Positions 59,425 through 64,000 of a stretch of 64,000 nucleotides of DNA are shown in pieces. The translations under genes were made by a program, and so were the position numbers. The stretch is taken from positions 397 through 64,396 of the forward strand of contig JACOVA010000005.1 of assembly GCA_016177575.1 (NCBI GenBank). Direction: 5' to 3'. Each line of letters opens with the position of its first letter. Position 1 is the first letter of the stretch. This DNA comes from Betaproteobacteria bacterium (GTDB lineage: Bacteria; Pseudomonadota; Gammaproteobacteria; Burkholderiales; SG8-39). The notes under the pieces were generated by a model. It was not told the DNA's origin. It saw only the letters and a list, made by a program, of their open reading frames with translations, and made no database searches.

Positions 59425-61008
59425 CTAGTCGATCAGCTGATAAGCAGGCAGCGTCAGGAATTCCACGTATTCGCCGGCGGTGATGCGCTCGAAGAGCTTT
59501 GCGCCGTCGTCGTAGCGACCTTCGCCGCCGCCCGCCTTAACCTTCCCAAGCTCTTGCAAAAGCAACTTCTTGAACAATTCGGCCGTCACTTTGCGGCCAT
59601 CATCGAGCACGCCTTTCGGCGAGCGGATCCACTGCCAGATCTGCGAGCGCGAGATCTCGGCGGTGGCGGCGTCCTCCATCAGGTTGAAGACCGGCACGCA
59701 GCCGTTGCCCGCCAGCCAGGCGCCCAGGTACTGGATCCCCACCGAGATGTTGTTGCGCAAGCCCGCCTCGGTGATCGGCTGCTCGGGCTGGAAGCTGAGC
59801 AGGTCTTGCGCCGTCACGCTCACGTCCGGGCGCTGCCGGTCGTACTGGTTCGGCCGCGGCATGTGCGCGTCGAACACTTCCTTCGCCACCGGCACCAGGC
59901 CGGGGTGCGCCACCCAGGTGCCGTCGCAGCCGTCGTTCACCTCGCGCAGCTTGTCCTGGCGCACTTTTTCCAGCGCCGCGTCGTTGGCCTGCGGATCGTT
60001 CTTGATCGGGATCTGCGCCGCCATGCCGCCCATCGCCGGCGCGCCGCGCCGGTGGCAGGTCTTGACCAGCAGCAGCGCGTAGGCGCGCATGAACGGCGCG
60101 GTCATCGTCACCTGCGAGCGGTCGGCGAGGCAGAAATCCTCGTGCGAGCGGAATTTCTTGATGCAGGAAAAGATGTAGTCCCAGCGGCCGATGTTGAGTC
60201 CGGAGGAATGCTCCTTCAATTCCCACAGGATCTCGTCCATCTCGAACGCGGCGACCACGGTCTCGATCAGGGCGGTGGCCTTGATGCTGCCCCGGGGGAT
60301 GTCGAGCGCGCTCTGGGAAAAAGCAAAAACTTCGTTCCACAGGCGCGCCTCCAGGTGCGACTCCAATTTCGCCAGGTAGAAATAAGGCCCGGAACCGCGC
60401 GCCAGCAGCTCTTTTGCGTTGTGGAAGAAGTACAAGCCGAAATCGAACAGGCTGCCGGACACCGGCTTGCCGTCCACCGTGAAGTGCTTTTCGTCCAGGT
60501 GCCAGCCGCGCGGACGCGGAATCAGCACCGCGGTGCGCTCGTTCAGCCGGTAGCTCTTGCCGCCCTGCTCGAGGGTGATGGCGCGTCGCACCGCGTCGCG
60601 CAGGTTGACCTGGCCGTCGATCATGTTGAACCAGGTCGGGCAGTTCGCGTCCTCGAAATCGGCCATGAAAGTCGAGGCGCCGCTGTTCAGCGCGTTGATC
60701 ACCATCTTGCGATCGGTCGGGCCGGTGATTTCGACGCGCCGGTCGAGCAGGTCGGCGGGTTGCGGCGCGATGCGCCAGTCGGATTCCCTGATCTTGCTCG
60801 TGTCGGCGAGGAAGTCGGGGAAAACCCCCGTGTCGAACTGCCTTTGCCGCGCGGCGCGGTGCGCCAGCAGCTCCTGGCGGCGGGGCTCGAACCGCCGGTG
60901 CAACCGGGCGACGAACTCGAGCGCCTCCGGAGTGAGCACCTGCGCGAATTCGGACGTGATGCGCGCCGAGATCGAGATGCCTTGCGGCAGTGGGGTAGAC
61001 CTGTGCAT
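59425..61008 (-). CDS. aceB: Malate synthase A
   Basis: 527 aa. Has [41 protein letters not shown] and [13 protein letters not shown]. Confidence 0.95.
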   Translation of the reverse strand: MHRSTPLPQGISISARITSEFAQVLTPEALEFVARLHRRFEPRRQELLAHRAARQRQFDTGVFPDFLADTSKIRESDWRIAPQPADLLDRRVEITGPTDRKMVINALNSGASTFMADFEDANCPTWFNMIDGQVNLRDAVRRAITLEQGGKSYRLNERTAVLIPRPRGWHLDEKHFTVDGKPVSGSLFDFGLYFFHNAKELLARGSGPYFYLAKLESHLEARLWNEVFAFSQSALDIPRGSIKATALIETVVAAFEMDEILWELKEHSSGLNIGRWDYIFSCIKKFRSHEDFCLADRSQVTMTAPFMRAYALLLVKTCHRRGAPAMGGMAAQIPIKNDPQANDAALEKVRQDKLREVNDGCDGTWVAHPGLVPVAKEVFDAHMPRPNQYDRQRPDVSVTAQDLLSFQPEQPITEAGLRNNISVGIQYLGAWLAGNGCVPVFNLMEDAATAEISRSQIWQWIRSPKGVLDDGRKVTAELFKKLLLQELGKVKAGGGEGRYDDGAKLFERITAGEYVEFLTLPAYQLID

Positions 61009-61119
61009 CGCAGCATTCTATGCACTGAAATGTGGCGCCGCAACATGAATTAGTCTGTCGAGTGGAGTACGCTCCCGATCCCGACCCGCGGGGCTAAATT
61101 TCACAATGTGGGATAGAGC

Positions 61120-62190
61120 ATGGCCGCGCCCTACAAAATTCTGATCTTCGGTGCTTCCTATGGCTCGCTGCTGGCGATCAAGCTGCAGCTCGCCGGGCAC
61201 TCGGTGAAGCTGGTCTGCCTGCCGGCGGAGGCCGAGCTGATCAACAGGGAGGGTGCGCGCGTGCGCATGCCCGTCAAGGGCAGGGACGGGCTGGTCGAGC
61301 TCGACTCCCGCAAGCTGCCGGGAAAGCTCTCCGCCGACGGGCCGGGGGCGGTCAAGCCCGCCGACTACGATCTGGTGGCGCTGGCGATGCAGGAGCCCCA
61401 ATACCGCTCGCCGGGGGTGCGCGAGCTGCTCGATGCGGTGGCCAGGTCCAGAGTCCCCTGCATGTCGATCATGAACATGCCGCCGCTGCCCTACCTCGCG
61501 CGCATTCCCGGAATCGCGGTCGATGCGTGCAGGCCCTGCTATACGGATCCTGCGGTTTGGGACAGCTTCGAGCCCGCGCTGATGACGTTGTGCAGCCCGG
61601 ATCCGCAGGCCTCGCGCCCGCCCGAGGAGAAGGTGAACGTTCTGCAGGTGAGATTGCCGACCAACTTCAAGTCGGCGCGCTTCGAGTCCGGGGCGCACAC
61701 CGCGATCCTGCGCCGGCTGGAAGCCGACATCGAGGCAGCGCGCTTCGACACCGGCGCGGGCAGGATCGAATTGCCGGTCAAGCTCAAGGTGCACGACTCG
61801 GTGTTCGTGCCGCTCGCGAAATGGGCCATGCTGATGGCGGGCAACTACCGCTGCATCACCCGGGAGGGGATGCGGCCGATCAGGGAGACCGTGCATTCCG
61901 ACCTCGCGGCCTCGCGCACGGTCTACGACTGGGTGGTCAAGCTGTGCAAGTCCCTCGGCGCCGACGAGAAGGACCTGGTGCCCTTCGAGAAGTATGCCGC
62001 GGCGGCGCAGGGCCTCACCGGGCCGTCCTCGGCGGCGCGCGCCCTGTTCGGCGGCGCGCCCTACATCGAGCGCGTCGACCGCCTGGTGCAGGCGGTGGCG
62101 GCGCAGAAGGGCATGCGCTGCGACGCCGTGGACGAAGTGGTCGCGCTGGTCGATTCTCGGCTGGAGGCCAACCGGCGCAAGGCTGCTTAG
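61120..62190 (+). CDS. Rossmann-fold protein, ketopantoate-reductase (ApbA/PanE)-like; function unknown
   Basis: 356 aa. Has the N-terminal KILIFGASYGSLLAIKLQLAGHSV dinucleotide-binding pattern. I recognised no catalytic signature. Confidence 0.55.
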   Translation: MAAPYKILIFGASYGSLLAIKLQLAGHSVKLVCLPAEAELINREGARVRMPVKGRDGLVELDSRKLPGKLSADGPGAVKPADYDLVALAMQEPQYRSPGVRELLDAVARSRVPCMSIMNMPPLPYLARIPGIAVDACRPCYTDPAVWDSFEPALMTLCSPDPQASRPPEEKVNVLQVRLPTNFKSARFESGAHTAILRRLEADIEAARFDTGAGRIELPVKLKVHDSVFVPLAKWAMLMAGNYRCITREGMRPIRETVHSDLAASRTVYDWVVKLCKSLGADEKDLVPFEKYAAAAQGLTGPSSAARALFGGAPYIERVDRLVQAVAAQKGMRCDAVDEVVALVDSRLEANRRKAA

Positions 62191-62245
62191 CCCGGTTCAG
62201 CCGCCACTCGCTGCCCGACGCATCCGGGAGAGACGCGGAGGGGAA

Positions 62246-63094
62246 ATGAAGGCCGGCTTGCCCCGCGAAGAACAGAGCGGGCACGCGAAATCGTGGTGGA
62301 AAATCCCGGGCATATACGCGCTCGCAACGAAGGAGACGCTGCCCGTCGCCGGTGTACTGGTCGCAGGCTGGGACGTCGTGCCGCTGGTGTACATGTTCTG
62401 GTTCGAGACGCTGGTCATCTACGTCGTCCTCGTCTTGATCGTCGCGCTTCCCCGCCTCGACCTGCTTCCGGATCCCTCGGAATCGAAATCCCTGCCGGCT
62501 TTCCTCACGGCCGGAGCCTTCATCCTGGGGTGCATGGTGCTCGGCTTCCTCATGGCTACGTTTACGTACCTGATCGCGGGAGGTTGGATAGGGGCACCCG
62601 TGGTCGCCGAGCTCCTGAGCAGGTTGGACGCCAGCGGCACCCCAGCTGGGGGTTCATGGAATCCTCTGGATGTGATCGACGGCGTCGCAAGACTGGCGCG
62701 GCGGGACCTTTCGCTCGGTGCCGCGATGGTACTGCTGGCGGGGACCTACGCATTCGAGGTCGCGGCAACCCTGCGGTCGACGAAAAGGCCGGAGCCGCCA
62801 GCGTCGTACACGCTCGTCCTCGTCACCCAAGCTCCGTGGAAGGTGTGGGACCTGTTTCTCCCGCGTTTGGCGAAGCTCGGTCTGTTCAACATGCTCATGT
62901 GGATCGTCTTTGGCGTGGCGATCAGCATACGCGAAGTGCCCGAAGCCGCCGGCTGGTCGCTGGCACTCGTCGTTGCGCTCAAGCTCGCCTTGGACGTATC
63001 CAGCTTCATCAGGGAGCAGACCCACGAGGACAAACGCGCTGCGTCCCTGGTGCGGTTCAACGCCCGCATCGGCCGAAGCACTCGGCGCCCATGA
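62246..63094 (+). CDS. Multi-pass inner-membrane protein of unknown function (possibly DUF6498-like)
   Basis: Tail of ORF 61994..63094 from MKAGLPREEQ, with SD GGAGGGG. It has 6-7 hydrophobic segments (e.g. VVPLVYMFWFETLVIYVVLVLIVAL). It appears less GC-rich than its neighbours. Confidence 0.5.
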   Translation: MKAGLPREEQSGHAKSWWKIPGIYALATKETLPVAGVLVAGWDVVPLVYMFWFETLVIYVVLVLIVALPRLDLLPDPSESKSLPAFLTAGAFILGCMVLGFLMATFTYLIAGGWIGAPVVAELLSRLDASGTPAGGSWNPLDVIDGVARLARRDLSLGAAMVLLAGTYAFEVAATLRSTKRPEPPASYTLVLVTQAPWKVWDLFLPRLAKLGLFNMLMWIVFGVAISIREVPEAAGWSLALVVALKLALDVSSFIREQTHEDKRAASLVRFNARIGRSTRRP

Positions 63095-63109
63095 AGAAGT
63101 CCGTTCCCC

Positions 63110-64000
<891 letters not shown>

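Overview
High-GC (roughly 68-70 % by eye), very gene-dense proteobacterial chromosome segment. Gene content (E3 with a fused lipoyl domain, two-domain ArgA, YggX, DUF4124) suggests a facultatively autotrophic Betaproteobacterium, but this is inference only. I recognised no rRNA, tRNA, CRISPR array, transposase or integrase. Layout: (i) 1-19.6 kb is one long minus-strand exopolysaccharide (EPS) locus of the split EpsE/EpsF/EpsG (Wza / chain-length determinant / BY-kinase) type. It holds a priming sugar transferase, ManC, Fcl, a Wzx flippase, a pyruvyl transferase, five glycosyltransferases, a secreted beta-helix protein, an APH-like kinase and a three-domain NTase/P-loop/acetyltransferase protein that runs off the window. 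Most junctions are 4-nt start/stop overlaps. (ii) At the head of this locus (19.3-19.9 kb) are a self-contained mini-gene for a 61-aa secreted Cys-loop peptide and a divergent Zn-ribbon methyltransferase. Three good sigma-54 (-24/-12) promoter candidates lie in the EPS region. (iii) 20.8-31.6 kb is a complete, tightly coupled Calvin-cycle operon, cbbL-cbbS-cbbY-fbp-prk-fba-tkt-gap-pgk (Form IA RuBisCO, no cbbQ/O/X and no carboxysome genes), with divergent cbbR. (iv) nudC, an AdoMetDC-spermidine synthase fusion, an omega-aminotransferase and an HxlR / BBE-type FAD oxidase pair follow. (v) 37.6-44.1 kb is an acid-sugar catabolic cluster: FAH hydrolase, BDH2-like SDR, a second SDR, an IlvD/Edd pentonate dehydratase, a pdxA-like pseudogene with an internal deletion, and a UxaA-type dehydratase. 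(vi) The rest is housekeeping: rsmE, argA, yggX, rpiA, lpdA-aceF-aceE, folD, prlC, a DUF4124-glutaredoxin protein, xthA, a GST, aceB, two poorly characterised genes, and the 3' part of ntrC. I cannot point to one unambiguous novel system. The most unusual material is the accessory and regulatory layer of the EPS locus and the mixed acid-sugar cluster. All calls rest on reading the translations and the DNA by eye; no database search was run.
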